Below are positions 8,894 to 18,824 of a DNA stretch of 58,000 bases, in pieces. The notes under the pieces were generated by a model. It saw nothing but the letters and a program-made list of their open reading frames with translations. It was not told the DNA's origin and ran no database searches. Every line of letters starts with the position of its first letter. Within the stretch, counting starts at the first letter, position 1. The position numbers were made by a program, and so were the translations under genes. The stretch comes from Thermoplasmatales archaeon SM1-50 (GTDB lineage: Archaea > Thermoplasmatota > E2 > DHVEG-1). The stretch is taken from NCBI GenBank assembly GCA_001595945.1, contig LSSI01000052.1:1-58000 (forward strand), in the 5' to 3' direction.

Positions 8894-11419
8894 CGACAAG
8901 TAATTAGATAAAACAAAAAGAAAAAGATAGGGGATTCTTAGTATCCTAATAGTTGTCATAGGATTGAAAACGCATGGGATAATAAATCGCTGGAAAAATA
9001 ACTCCAAAACCCGGAGTATCGGCTTATTAAAAGAAAAAGGCATTATTATAGGTAAAGGATCTGACCAAACGCTATTAGCACCTGTTATATCTTTTGCTTT
9101 GACTTTGATATTATAGATTCCTTTTGCTGACCATATATGTGATGCTGTCGCTGTTTGACCAGAGTTGAATGGTCCTGTCCAGGTTAATGGAGTTCCATCG
9201 TCCCAATCCCACATATAGTACACTAAACCACCATTTGGATCTATCGTTGATGTTTCATATGTGTATAATATTCCGGGTTTTCCTAAACAAGGTCCACTGG
9301 GTACATTTGGTTTATTTGGTCCGGGGTTACCCCCTTGTACTTGGAAATAATAATCGTCTATCATAGTTTCGTTTAACACAGGTATTTCACTTGGTATAGG
9401 TGTTCCTTCTGTAATTCCTTTTACACGGGTTGCCCAATTTCCCATATGGTTACTTGTGTAATCTCCAGGATATTGTGTTCCTCCGCATAGTTCGAAGAAA
9501 GAACCATAACTAGAATGGTCTTCAAGAGACAATCTATTGTACGCACGCATCTTGGAAGGGAACTCAGGGATCCATACTTTATCAAAGTAGAGACAGGCAC
9601 CTCCTGTATTATAAATACAAATCAGGGTTCCACCAGCGGGAAGCGGATTGCATATGATATAACTAAAGAGATGACCAGATACCTCCGAACCAGAGGAACC
9701 TTTCAAATAAATATTGTAGACACACTCGTTTATTCTTATATATCTAAAAACGTCTGCATTAACATAAGTATCCCAGCCACTATTGAGGTAATTATCCTGG
9801 AGTCGAACTCCATATTTAAATTGGTCGATATACACCCGTGTACTCCATACCCAACATACACTTGTATATAATTGACCTTGCTCCAGACAATAGATTCCGG
9901 TTCCCTTAGTGTTGCTTGAAAGAAGAACCATATTGTCGATTATAGCCCCTAAGTGGTAGTCGCTAACTAAATTGGTTACTCGCATAGCAGCCTGGTCATC
10001 TGATAAAACAACTTCAGTGCAATCGATTATACCATTTAATATCATAGAGCCTTTACTTAAAGTTATTACATTCATCGCAGAAGTTGGTTTAATAGTTGAA
10101 CCCATTAAATCTAAAAAAGCATATTCAGGAACTGTAATAGGAGAAGATATTGCATACGTATCCTTTGGAACCCAAATCGTACCTGGTTGACCTTCGAGAT
10201 CATTTAAGGCTAATTGTATATCTGAGAAGGTATTTCCTTTGCTATTTACTATCTGGTCGGTTTCTGTAAAGAGATAATAAGGACTTTCTAAACCTAACCA
10301 AGTTCCAGAACCGCTAGCAGTAGTATGATAGGCATCTTGCATATCGTCTAGGAAATGTAATGTATCCCACTGAGAAGGAGGCATATAAATTGGTAATTTC
10401 CAAAGAACATTATTTGTACCAGCATCTATGTAATCACTGTTTCCAGGAGTCCCATCTCCTTCATTACCTCCTGTCCAAGCAACAAAATTATTACTTGTAG
10501 AGGCATCGAGATTCAATGACATCTTCCCCATCTCCTTCATGTCAACAGAGTAATCCCAAAAGAACATACTTCTGAAAAGATTATTATGACAATCGCCTTT
10601 CATGACGATATTACATTCTGTTACTCCAGTTCCCCAACCCGTATTAGCAAACCCTGGTTGGGCTTCGAACATATCAAATAGATTATCGGATATTTCTGAA
10701 CTTCCAGATGCTTCTAAATACAGTTGATAATAGTTTGCATACTCTCCGATATATTTGAAGATGTTTTCTTGAATGTCACCACCGTGTGCAAACATTCGAA
10801 TACCATATCTAAATCCACTAATATGAATTCTGGAAAACAATGCTCTGTAACAAATCCCAGATGGAGCGTTTAGGAATACACCACATCCATAATAGTATTG
10901 ATTCGAACCAACTCCAACTTTTCCATCCATCCGTATATTTTTTATTGTTTGTATTGTATCACCACTAACAACACCAGAAAATCCAGATAAATAAACTGCG
11001 GCATCAGTATCTGACATAACAATTGAAGTACAATCTATAAATCCGTTCCAGAAATTAGCATCTTTTTCAAGCCGAACGATACTACCATAAGCAGATAACG
11101 GTTTAATGGTCGCTCCGCATAAATCAAGAGTGATTCCTTCTTTTATAAGTATAGTATCTGGTGGATTATATGTACCAGACGGAACCCAGACAGTACCTGG
11201 GCTAGATGTACTATCGATTGCGACTTGAATGTTACCAGATGTTGCATCGAATGTTTCTCCATCGCTGTTCCGTATCTTAGTCATACTGATAAATAGCATA
11301 TCTGGATTCACTAATCCAGCCAAAGCCTCTGAATAATTATTATTATTATTTTCTGCAACAACTAATGGAAAAGAACTTAATAAAAGACATATAAATATGA
11401 TTATGAATATATTCTTCAT
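8891..11419 (-). CDS. Secreted protein with two pectate-lyase-like beta-helix domains and a PKD domain; tail frameshifted
   Basis: Duplicated IxNSxGxTF..IQxAxxx..PGTxWVPxxTY; YYMWDWDDGT PKD; usual ..ILxQLLGY tail lies in a different frame. Confidence 0.8.
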   Translation of the reverse strand: MKNIFIIIFICLLLSSFPLVVAENNNNNYSEALAGLVNPDMLFISMTKIRNSDGETFDATSGNIQVAIDSTSSPGTVWVPSGTYNPPDTILIKEGITLDLCGATIKPLSAYGSIVRLEKDANFWNGFIDCTSIVMSDTDAAVYLSGFSGVVSGDTIQTIKNIRMDGKVGVGSNQYYYGCGVFLNAPSGICYRALFSRIHISGFRYGIRMFAHGGDIQENIFKYIGEYANYYQLYLEASGSSEISDNLFDMFEAQPGFANTGWGTGVTECNIVMKGDCHNNLFRSMFFWDYSVDMKEMGKMSLNLDASTSNNFVAWTGGNEGDGTPGNSDYIDAGTNNVLWKLPIYMPPSQWDTLHFLDDMQDAYHTTASGSGTWLGLESPYYLFTETDQIVNSKGNTFSDIQLALNDLEGQPGTIWVPKDTYAISSPITVPEYAFLDLMGSTIKPTSAMNVITLSKGSMILNGIIDCTEVVLSDDQAAMRVTNLVSDYHLGAIIDNMVLLSSNTKGTGIYCLEQGQLYTSVCWVWSTRVYIDQFKYGVRLQDNYLNSGWDTYVNADVFRYIRINECVYNIYLKGSSGSEVSGHLFSYIICNPLPAGGTLICIYNTGGACLYFDKVWIPEFPSKMRAYNRLSLEDHSSYGSFFELCGGTQYPGDYTSNHMGNWATRVKGITEGTPIPSEIPVLNETMIDDYYFQVQGGNPGPNKPNVPSGPCLGKPGILYTYETSTIDPNGGLVYYMWDWDDGTPLTWTGPFNSGQTATASHIWSAKGIYNIKVKAKDITGANSVWSDPLPIIMPFSFNKPILRVLELFFQRFIIPCVFNPMTTIRILRIPYLFLFVLSNYLS

Positions 11420-11498
11420 AATTACCCTCTTTCCTTAATTAACAATTGTTAAAAAACTTTTTCCATAACGTATTTATACAATTATTTTTCATAACCAA

Positions 11499-11527
11499 GA
11501 AGCCAAGCATCGACACGATTTACATAG
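11499..11527 (-). repeat. Cassette-boundary repeat copy
   Basis: GAAGCCAAGCATCGACACGATTTACATAG. Confidence 0.75.
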
Positions 11528-11708
11528 TTTTTTTTATAGCGCAATCAAATTTGAGATGTTCTTTGATTCGAAGAGGACTTGTTAGACCACAGATTATCAA
11601 TGATTACAGCAATCGCGGTAGATAGCGATTGTCGATTTGGAACCTGTTTTCCAGCAGAATGCACATTATCTTCGACAGTGAGGTTCCCGCAAGTGGCTCT
11701 CGAGTCAT
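11528..11708 (-). pseudogene. 5' fragment of a sulfotransferase-family gene, with one internal stop, truncated at the repeat
   Basis: MTREPLAGTSLSKIMCILLENRFQIDNRYLPRLL*SLIICGLTSPLRIKEHLKFDCAIKK resembles the leader that precedes the PIFIxGxxRSGTT loop of sulfotransferases (recognised from memory). Confidence 0.6.
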
Positions 11709-11850
11709 GCATAACGTGTTCTGTTTGAGCTGAACATAGTCAATATGAGGGAGGAAAAAAAACTGTACGGTATAAATATGTTCTATCTCAGGAGCATAGG
11801 TTTTTTCAAATGCATTTAATGATGGTGTGTAATGGATCGTCAATAACCAC

Positions 11851-11888
11851 GAGACGGGTGGGGAAAGAAAACAATAACACGAGTTCTA
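11851..11888 (-). repeat. Cassette-boundary repeat copy
   Basis: GAGACGGGTGGGGAAAGAAAACAATAACACGAGTTCTA. Confidence 0.7.
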
Positions 11889-11929
11889 TGATATAAATGA
11901 TAATCGTTCTTTAGTATAAACAACTAGAA

Positions 11930-13207
11930 TTAAATTCTGAATAATTTATGCATAATAAAATAATCAACTATGATACTATTAAAAAGTCGATTTATAGAAC
12001 GATTTTTATCGTTAAAACTCTTCTGTAAATAATTAGAAAAAGATTGAAACTCTTTTGCAATAGAGTTTCTCCCATCTAAAAGTTGTTCAACAGATAGATT
12101 TTTTGGTTGAAATACAACATTCCTAAGATTATATTTTGACCAATCTGTTGTCAAAATTCTTCCTTCTTTTAAAAATTCATTAAATAAGGTTGTTCCCGGG
12201 AAGGGAGTCAATAACGCAAATCCAACACGTTCAAGTCCCATTTTATTTATTGTTTCAAGGGTAGATGAAAAAACATCAAGGGTATCAGTATCAAATCCAA
12301 ACATGAAGAGACCCATAATATTCATCCCATAGTCTTTGATTTTTTTTACCGCAGAGGTATAGTATTGAACAGTATTTGTTTTTTTACCGATAGCTTGTAA
12401 CGTCTCCTGATTTATCGATTCGAATCCAATGAGCCATTGCTCACATCCTGCTTCACTAGCTATTCGTAAGAGTTCGTCATCATGGTATAACACATCGACA
12501 TTCCCATAGCAACTAAATTTTTTCTGTAACGGGATCATTGCTCGAAATAGTTTTTTTGTATACGTTTTATTTATAGTCAATGAACTATCCGCGAAAAAAA
12601 ACCGATTACTTTTCAGATTTTTAATCTCCTCGATGACAGACGGGAGTGGTCTGGCTCGAAATAGACCTCCCTCAACAGTTTGCACTGCACAATATTTACA
12701 TTGATATGGGCATCCACGTGTTGCTTGGATTATCCCTGTTGCACGGAGATACTCTGGTAATGTGCTTGCAGGAGGAATCATACGAGGATCAACAGGTTTT
12801 GATTTATAGAATGGCTTGAGTGTATTAGATTCATAATCTTTGAGAAGTTGCGGCCAGCTAATTTCAGCTTCCCCGATTACCACTGAATCTGCATGTTGTT
12901 TCGCTTCTTCAGGTATTGCAGAAGGATGGTATCCTCCGAGAATAACAGTTTTTCCCTGTCGTCTGAACTCGTCAGCGAGCTTGTATGCACGGTTCGCATT
13001 AACGGTAGTCGCTGTAATACCGACGAGATTTCCCTTCCAGTGAAAATCAACGGTTTGTAACCGTTCATCAATATAATCCACTTCATATTTTTTCGGCGTA
13101 CAAGCTACTAATTGTTCTAAAGTCAGTGAAGGAAATCCTAATGATGTTATTAATTTATTTAAAATATTGTTTTGTTTGTGATGGGGTAGTATGAGTAATA
13201 TTTTCAT
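11930..13207 (-). CDS. B12-binding domain radical SAM protein
   Basis: VILGGYHPS cobalamin-domain motif; TRGCPYQCKYC; IGFES; LTPFPGT. Confidence 0.93.
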   Translation of the reverse strand: MKILLILPHHKQNNILNKLITSLGFPSLTLEQLVACTPKKYEVDYIDERLQTVDFHWKGNLVGITATTVNANRAYKLADEFRRQGKTVILGGYHPSAIPEEAKQHADSVVIGEAEISWPQLLKDYESNTLKPFYKSKPVDPRMIPPASTLPEYLRATGIIQATRGCPYQCKYCAVQTVEGGLFRARPLPSVIEEIKNLKSNRFFFADSSLTINKTYTKKLFRAMIPLQKKFSCYGNVDVLYHDDELLRIASEAGCEQWLIGFESINQETLQAIGKKTNTVQYYTSAVKKIKDYGMNIMGLFMFGFDTDTLDVFSSTLETINKMGLERVGFALLTPFPGTTLFNEFLKEGRILTTDWSKYNLRNVVFQPKNLSVEQLLDGRNSIAKEFQSFSNYLQKSFNDKNRSINRLFNSIIVDYFIMHKLFRI

Positions 13208-13227
13208 AACGTTACTCTTGTTCTATA

Positions 13228-14916
13228 TTGTTCTACGGGTTCATAAAGGACAATGGTAATGCATGGGTTACAAGAGTTTTTAAACAGACCCCTTGTTCTG
13301 GACATTGTGTGACAAGCACAACAACCCCCTTCATCAGCCATTCACTTATCAAACCCTGCAGAATAGAACAGCGGCAGTACCAGATAGCGATCTATAAGGC
13401 AGTGAAAAACACCAACAGCCTTGTGGTATTACCCACGGGGCTGGGAAAAACCATTATTGCGGTGCTGGTGCTTGTAGATACATTGGTTTCAGGGAAGAAA
13501 GTGCTGTTTCTTGCTCCCACAAAACCACTTTGTGAGCAGCATGCCTCGTTTATTCGGAAGACAACTATTCTCTCCCCAGATGAGGTTGCCCTAGTGACTG
13601 GTGAGACCCTGTCGCCACAAAAGAGAACGGAGGTGTATAAGAACGCAAGGGTGGTCGTTGCAACACCCCAAACCATTGACCATGATCTTGATACCAGGGT
13701 AGCTCTCACTGACTATGGGTTGATTATCTTTGATGAGGCGCATCGAACCGTTGGCGACTATGCTTATGTGCGGATTAGTGAGAAGTTCCACTCGAATCCT
13801 GATACACGATTCCTTGGATTGACAGCATCGCCTGGTAGGGATTTCAAACAGGTCGAAGATGTAGTCCATTCCCTAGGGATACGACACATTGAGGTGAGAA
13901 CGGAATCGGATGATGACGTGCGACCGTATCTGTCACATCGGTCTTTGCAGTGGCATCTCATCGACATGCCCATGGAGGTCACCCTGGTCATGCAGCAGAT
14001 TGATGGGATCCTTCGGGAGCTCCTCAGAACTCTTGGGAAGTATTCGCGTCAGGCGACATACCTGACCCCTGAGAAATTAAGCAAGAAAGCATTAGTGGAG
14101 ATTCAACATAGGATGCAGCGGAATCTCGGGAGACGAGGCGGGTACCTCTACCAGGGACTTAGTGTCGTCTCTGCGACAATGAAGCTCTCCCACCTTAAGG
14201 ATCTGTTGACCAGTCAGGGAGCCACGGTGGCACAGACATATCTAATGAAGCTCGATGCAGATTCATCACGGGGTGCACAACAAATACAGAAACATCCATC
14301 CTATCCTCACATCAAACAAGGAATCAATAACATCCACGATGGACAGCCGAAACTCGCGATTACGAAAACCATTCTGCAACACCATCTGACAGAAAAGAAG
14401 GAGGCGCGGATTATGGTGTTCGCAGAATACCGAGATACTGTGCAAATGCTTCTTTCAATTCTGAACACGATACCAGGTGTCCGCGCTATTCACTTCATCG
14501 GTCAGGCTACCACCACATCGGAAAAAGGGATGAGCCAAGCAGAACAGAAACAAACACTAGATGGATTCCGACAAGGCACCTATAATGTCCTCATCTCCAC
14601 CAGTATCGGTGAGGAAGGCATTGACATCCCCACCACATCCCTGGTGTTGTTCTACGAGCCGGTTCCCTCTGCAATCCGACATATCCAGCGGAAAGGACGA
14701 ACTGCACGAGACGGGTACCCTGGAGAGGTGAAAATCCTTATTATGAAAGGATCACGGGATGAAGCATACTACTGGAGTAGTATGAAAAAAGAAAAAAAGA
14801 TGTATAGCTATGTATACCAGCTGAAGAACCAGTTAGAAGGAAAAAGACCAGCGAAAAAAAGATGGGTACAGCAGAAAACGATTGAAGACTATGTATACGA
14901 GATCAACCAGGGATAA
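13228..14916 (+). CDS. hef: Hef/FANCM-like (ERCC4-related) SF2 DEAH helicase lacking the nuclease domain; true start probably GTG near 13309
   Basis: ISHSLIKP..IEQRQYQ, LPTGLGKT, DEAH, TASPG, EEGIDIP, QRKGRTAR; C-terminal QKTIEDY PIP-like motif. Confidence 0.88.
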   Translation: MFYGFIKDNGNAWVTRVFKQTPCSGHCVTSTTTPFISHSLIKPCRIEQRQYQIAIYKAVKNTNSLVVLPTGLGKTIIAVLVLVDTLVSGKKVLFLAPTKPLCEQHASFIRKTTILSPDEVALVTGETLSPQKRTEVYKNARVVVATPQTIDHDLDTRVALTDYGLIIFDEAHRTVGDYAYVRISEKFHSNPDTRFLGLTASPGRDFKQVEDVVHSLGIRHIEVRTESDDDVRPYLSHRSLQWHLIDMPMEVTLVMQQIDGILRELLRTLGKYSRQATYLTPEKLSKKALVEIQHRMQRNLGRRGGYLYQGLSVVSATMKLSHLKDLLTSQGATVAQTYLMKLDADSSRGAQQIQKHPSYPHIKQGINNIHDGQPKLAITKTILQHHLTEKKEARIMVFAEYRDTVQMLLSILNTIPGVRAIHFIGQATTTSEKGMSQAEQKQTLDGFRQGTYNVLISTSIGEEGIDIPTTSLVLFYEPVPSAIRHIQRKGRTARDGYPGEVKILIMKGSRDEAYYWSSMKKEKKMYSYVYQLKNQLEGKRPAKKRWVQQKTIEDYVYEINQG

Positions 14917-15100
14917 TAGGAACAAATCAAATATAGGGGGAAATCAGAGAACGCATCACAAAATGCTGATACATCCCTCCCTTCATTCAATCAAAAACAT
15001 CAGAAAATATGTAGATACCAACTCGCACAACCTACTATATTATCACCGACAGAGATACGGGCAACACAACACTCATAAGAATCTATAACCAAATGGAAGT

Positions 15101-15535
15101 TTACTCAGGTTGATGAGAGATGTAATTCCTCAATTTCATATCCTCTTTCTTTTCAACAGTATTTAATGGAATATAAAAGAGTGCTTCCCGACACTCCTGG
15201 CACAGGATCGTCACCCCCTCCTAAAATGTCTCACCTTTGAAGAAATCCTCAATCCGGGTTGCCTTCCCAGACCGCGGGCAGGTCTTGGTCTGCGGCGGTA
15301 TCAACTCCGCTTCTATCTACTGCAGCTCCCGCTGATGCTCCACGAGGCTAGACAGAATCACCGATTCAAACAGATCAGGGCTTTGTATTTTCGACACTGC
15401 TTTGGCATTCTGTTTCGCACGAGTTGTTAAAAAGATAAAGGCTTCTTTATCCATGTCATCTAACGCATCTCGAAATTCAGACCATTAAAACCCATACATC
15501 TCGACAAGATGCTATAATTTTGAGACTGTTTTCAT
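15101..15535 (-). pseudogene. Pseudogene of the small helical protein family usually linked to PolB2 (arCOG07300-like), with a C-terminal Zn-ribbon
   Basis: Manual translation MKTVSKL*HLVEMYGF*WSEFRDALDDMDKEAF...PDLFESVILSSLVEHQRELQ*...CPRSG...CQEC; four in-frame stops. Confidence 0.65.
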
Positions 15536-15760
15536 CGGACGAATCAACCCCAGAATCAGACAAGTCATCTGATCTTTATCAACCTATAACGAGGAACAGC
15601 GAAAGTATTATTCCTCCTCAAGGGAGCAACCGGTCGATAAATCGATTACTGTATTCCTAATGACCCCAGGGCAACCATTATTATTCTTATAAAAGTAGAT
15701 CACGATGCATAGACAGACAGTAATTCAGCACCCACTAAGAAAGAAAACATCAAAACCTAC

Positions 15761-15909
15761 GAAGCCAACGGTAGGGCTTCACCCCCGGAGCTGACGAGCT
15801 CCACTGGAGCCCGTGGACTGTAGAAGAAAAAATTACCGGTAATTATAGGGAGAAAATTTCCGGAAATTTTTCATGTAACTTCCCCGCAGCTAGTCCAGAT
15901 GCAGGGCTC
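15761..15909. promoter_or_regulatory. Cluster of palindromes and hairpins (operator, origin or structured RNA)
   Basis: AATTACCGGTAATT (15831-15844), AAAATTTCCGGAAATTTT (15853-15870), GAAGCC..GGCTTC, GGAGCT..AGCTCC, outer GAGCCC..GGGCTC. Confidence 0.5.
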
Positions 15910-16022
15910 ACAAGAAAAATCGGTGTTATTTTCACGTATAATTCTTTTATGAAATAAACGGTCCAACCAATAAATACATATTCTAATACTTTGATTTGAT
16001 AAAAAAAAAAGGTGATCAAAAA

Positions 16023-17063
16023 ATGACGTTATCACAAAAAAAAGTTGATATGATTTTTGAATACGATAAAAAGGATATACCGAAAAACGTAATCGCGTTT
16101 GCTGTTAAAACATCGGTAAAATCGGTCTATAATACGTTAAACAATAGACAGCCATCAGATACAATCGCTTATACAAGAACCATCACACCAACCTCTGTCT
16201 CCCCTGAGGCTCCACAGCAGCCATTGATACCAGGTCAGACACAGTATTATACCTATCATAATCAAAAACCTAGGTCAAATCCATCCTTCGTAAGCTACGA
16301 TGAATATCAAAAAGTGACGAAGGAAAATGCTACATTAAAACAGATGATACAGCATATGATTGAAAAGCAAGACGAAACAACAACTGAACTACAAAAGCAG
16401 AGAACAGCAGCAGAGCAAGAACATCAAAGGATCGTGGCTCAAAAAGATCAGGAACTTGGAGAAACGTCACAACAAGCGACACGACTAACAAATGAACGCA
16501 ACACACTCTTACAGGAATTACATAACCAGAAACAAATAGAAAATCAAAGAAACCAAGAAATTAATCGACTACACTATGCGTACGAACGAGCAAAAAAAGA
16601 GAAGACCCAGGAAAAACAATGCTATATTGAGAGAGAAAAAACTTTTAAAGAGGAGATAGCACAAGCCAATAAACGAATCGCTTATTTAAAGACAATGATT
16701 GACAATATCACAGAAGAAAAAAATCAAATGACAGAGGAATTACAGAAATTAATAGAAGATCAAAATGATAATTGGGTAACATACTTCATTACTGCTCTAG
16801 GAGGCTTTATAGGTGGAATGGGACTAGGATGGTATTTTGGGGGAAAAAACAAAAATCCACCCCTACCTGAAAAATTAAATAACCAAAAAAATACTGGACG
16901 TAGTGTTCAGTTAAACCAGAAGAACCGTTGGGTTCCTACCCATATTTATGGAAAAAGCTACAAAACAGATGGAACTGCTACACCCGGCATACGTCTGGGG
17001 TTCGGCCTTGGCTGTGGGATAGCCATCCCCAAATCAATAATATACTACCTTAACCAAACGTAG
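16023..17063 (+). CDS. N-terminal HTH, coiled-coil and TM protein; probably the truncated front of an Mrr fusion
   Basis: GGTGA RBS before ATG 16023; IAFAVKTSVKSVYNTL HTH; long Q/E/K heptads; Gly-rich TM. Confidence 0.7.
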   Translation: MTLSQKKVDMIFEYDKKDIPKNVIAFAVKTSVKSVYNTLNNRQPSDTIAYTRTITPTSVSPEAPQQPLIPGQTQYYTYHNQKPRSNPSFVSYDEYQKVTKENATLKQMIQHMIEKQDETTTELQKQRTAAEQEHQRIVAQKDQELGETSQQATRLTNERNTLLQELHNQKQIENQRNQEINRLHYAYERAKKEKTQEKQCYIEREKTFKEEIAQANKRIAYLKTMIDNITEEKNQMTEELQKLIEDQNDNWVTYFITALGGFIGGMGLGWYFGGKNKNPPLPEKLNNQKNTGRSVQLNQKNRWVPTHIYGKSYKTDGTATPGIRLGFGLGCGIAIPKSIIYYLNQT

Positions 17064-17346
17064 TATGAAACCATCTGTTTAACAAGACTTTTTCCATTGA
17101 TAAAGAATTGGATTTATCACCTCTAATCAGGAGAAGCTAAGAAAAGACACTATCGGGGTAAAAGCCATCCAAGAAATCTGCGCTGCTTGGGGATACTACC
17201 AAGCAACCTGCGCCAAGGTAATTACCACCAATCGATTCACTCAACCCGCATTTGAACTCCCACACAAACTTGGTGTAGAATGCTGGCATGGAGAACGCCT
17301 CCTTCAAGAGATCTACAAAACCCAGTATTTCAACATGCCAGACTAG
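17064..17346 (+). pseudogene. Mrr-family (type IV) restriction endonuclease catalytic-domain remnant
   Basis: QEKLRKDTIGVKAIQEICAAWGYYQATCAKVITTNRFTQPAFELPHKLGVECWHGERL matches the Mrr_cat pattern QxK..VGVKAVQE..V.TNS.FT.PA.ELA....ELWD. Confidence 0.75.
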
Positions 17347-17542
17347 CAATACCAAGCTCCTCGTTGACTCTTTTTCCTTTTTTTAATTTTTCTTACACGT
17401 TTCCGACACCACCGCACAACTCCAACCAAAAACTCTTAGTACTATTGTTCCTTTTTCGCTGTACACAAAAACCAAAGAAAAAAAATACTAGAACATCGAT
17501 GTAGTATTCTACAAATCACAGCACTATGAGGAGATAAGATAT

Positions 17543-17833
17543 ATGATATCAAAAAAAGAAAAAGAAGAAATTATAGATGATTTGCAAAACGAACAAAGTA
17601 AGGATAAAGAAAGCGACTCTGATTTGGTACTGGAAAAGGAGATGAAGATAGAAATGAAAAAAGATGGTACAAACTACCGTACTGAGATCGTGCCACGAGA
17701 CCACGTCGTCCTGAAACTTGACTCCTACCTCAGTGAGGCAGGGCTAAACATGGGAAAAAGCGATTATTGTTACGTAAAGATCGTCGGCAATCATCTTGAG
17801 ATTGGACGGGCAAAGATAGTCCTAGAGGAATAA
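17543..17833 (+). CDS. Small hypothetical protein, possible AbrB/MazE-like DNA-binding fold
   Basis: GAGGAG RBS; YLSEAGLNMGKSDYCYVKIVGNHLEI pattern. Confidence 0.6.
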   Translation: MISKKEKEEIIDDLQNEQSKDKESDSDLVLEKEMKIEMKKDGTNYRTEIVPRDHVVLKLDSYLSEAGLNMGKSDYCYVKIVGNHLEIGRAKIVLEE

Positions 17834-18017
17834 AAAAAAAACCCCCCTTATCTTTTTCCTATCAATTCCAAAAATAACTGTCCGTTAGACCCTTTTTTTA
17901 AAGAAGAAAAACCGCGCTAATGCTTCTATTATTTTGTATATATGTTGACGTACAAAGAAAGAGACGTAAAACCAAAATAGTACCGAAGCAACAATTAGCA
18001 GTGAACAATACATAGGA

Positions 18018-18365
18018 TTATGACTTTATCATTATCAACATCATTTTAAATCTCTTTACTGCTTTTACTGCATGTGGTTTATTTGCTGGCATTATTACCA
18101 TCTCACCTTTTTCCATAAGAAGAGTTTTTCCAGAGATTGTTATTTCAGCCTCACCATCAAGAATTTGCACGAACGCATCGAAAGGTACAGTATGCTCGCT
18201 TAAACATTGGTCTTCATCAAAAGCAAAAAGTGTTATTGTTCCAGACTCTTTATTAAGGATAATTCGGCTCACAACGGAATCCTTTTGATACTCTGCTAAA
18301 TCGATCAACTTACATGCTTGTGATTCTAATTTATCTATGTTTTTTTGTTTTTTAACGTTCTTCAT
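18018..18365 (-). CDS. Cupin domain protein
   Basis: LFAFD..Q.LSEHT.PFDAFVQILDG..MPANKPHAVKA. Confidence 0.92.
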   Translation of the reverse strand: MKNVKKQKNIDKLESQACKLIDLAEYQKDSVVSRIILNKESGTITLFAFDEDQCLSEHTVPFDAFVQILDGEAEITISGKTLLMEKGEMVIMPANKPHAVKAVKRFKMMLIMIKS

Positions 18366-18644
18366 TTTTTCCTCACTGCGATATTAAAACATAATATAAA
18401 ATTTATACTTTGTTTTTCCAACTATAGTCAGGATAAAAAGTGCAGAAGAGAAGGGAAACTTGAATTTACCAGTAAAAAATCAGTAACACGATTATTTAAA
18501 ACGTAATGATTTTTTTCAGCGAAAATCAAATAATGAAAGAAAGATAAAAAAAGAAGAAAAAGAGGAAATTCTTTTGTTTTGTACAATATTGAAGAGGAAA
18601 GTCTTATAGTTATAAAAATTTTATTAATAATAAGTGATGAAATC

Positions 18645-18791
18645 ATGGGAATTTGTCCATATTGTAAACAATATATTGATCTTCATAATGTAATAATTCA
18701 AAAGAAAGGAAGAGGAGCTGGAGAACAAGATAGAATATATGTGTGTCCCTTTTGTGATTACATACTTGGATTTTCTTATGCAATGAGATAA
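18645..18791 (+). CDS. Small Zn-finger protein (CPxC...CPxC), 48 aa
   Basis: MGICPYCK...YVCPFCDYILGFS; GTGA RBS. Confidence 0.75.
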   Translation: MGICPYCKQYIDLHNVIIQKKGRGAGEQDRIYVCPFCDYILGFSYAMR

Positions 18792-18824
18792 ATGATTATG
18801 TATTTGTTATTTTTTCATTGTAAC

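Noticed and set aside
15101-15535. Pyrrolysine or amber readthrough explaining the in-frame stops
   Set aside because: One of the stops is TAA, neighbouring genes are also decayed, and many intact genes here end in TAG.
17990-18495. Possible further repeat copies near 17995 and 18474 (also 28041, 28791, 49550)
   Set aside because: Too degenerate to list individually without a profile search.
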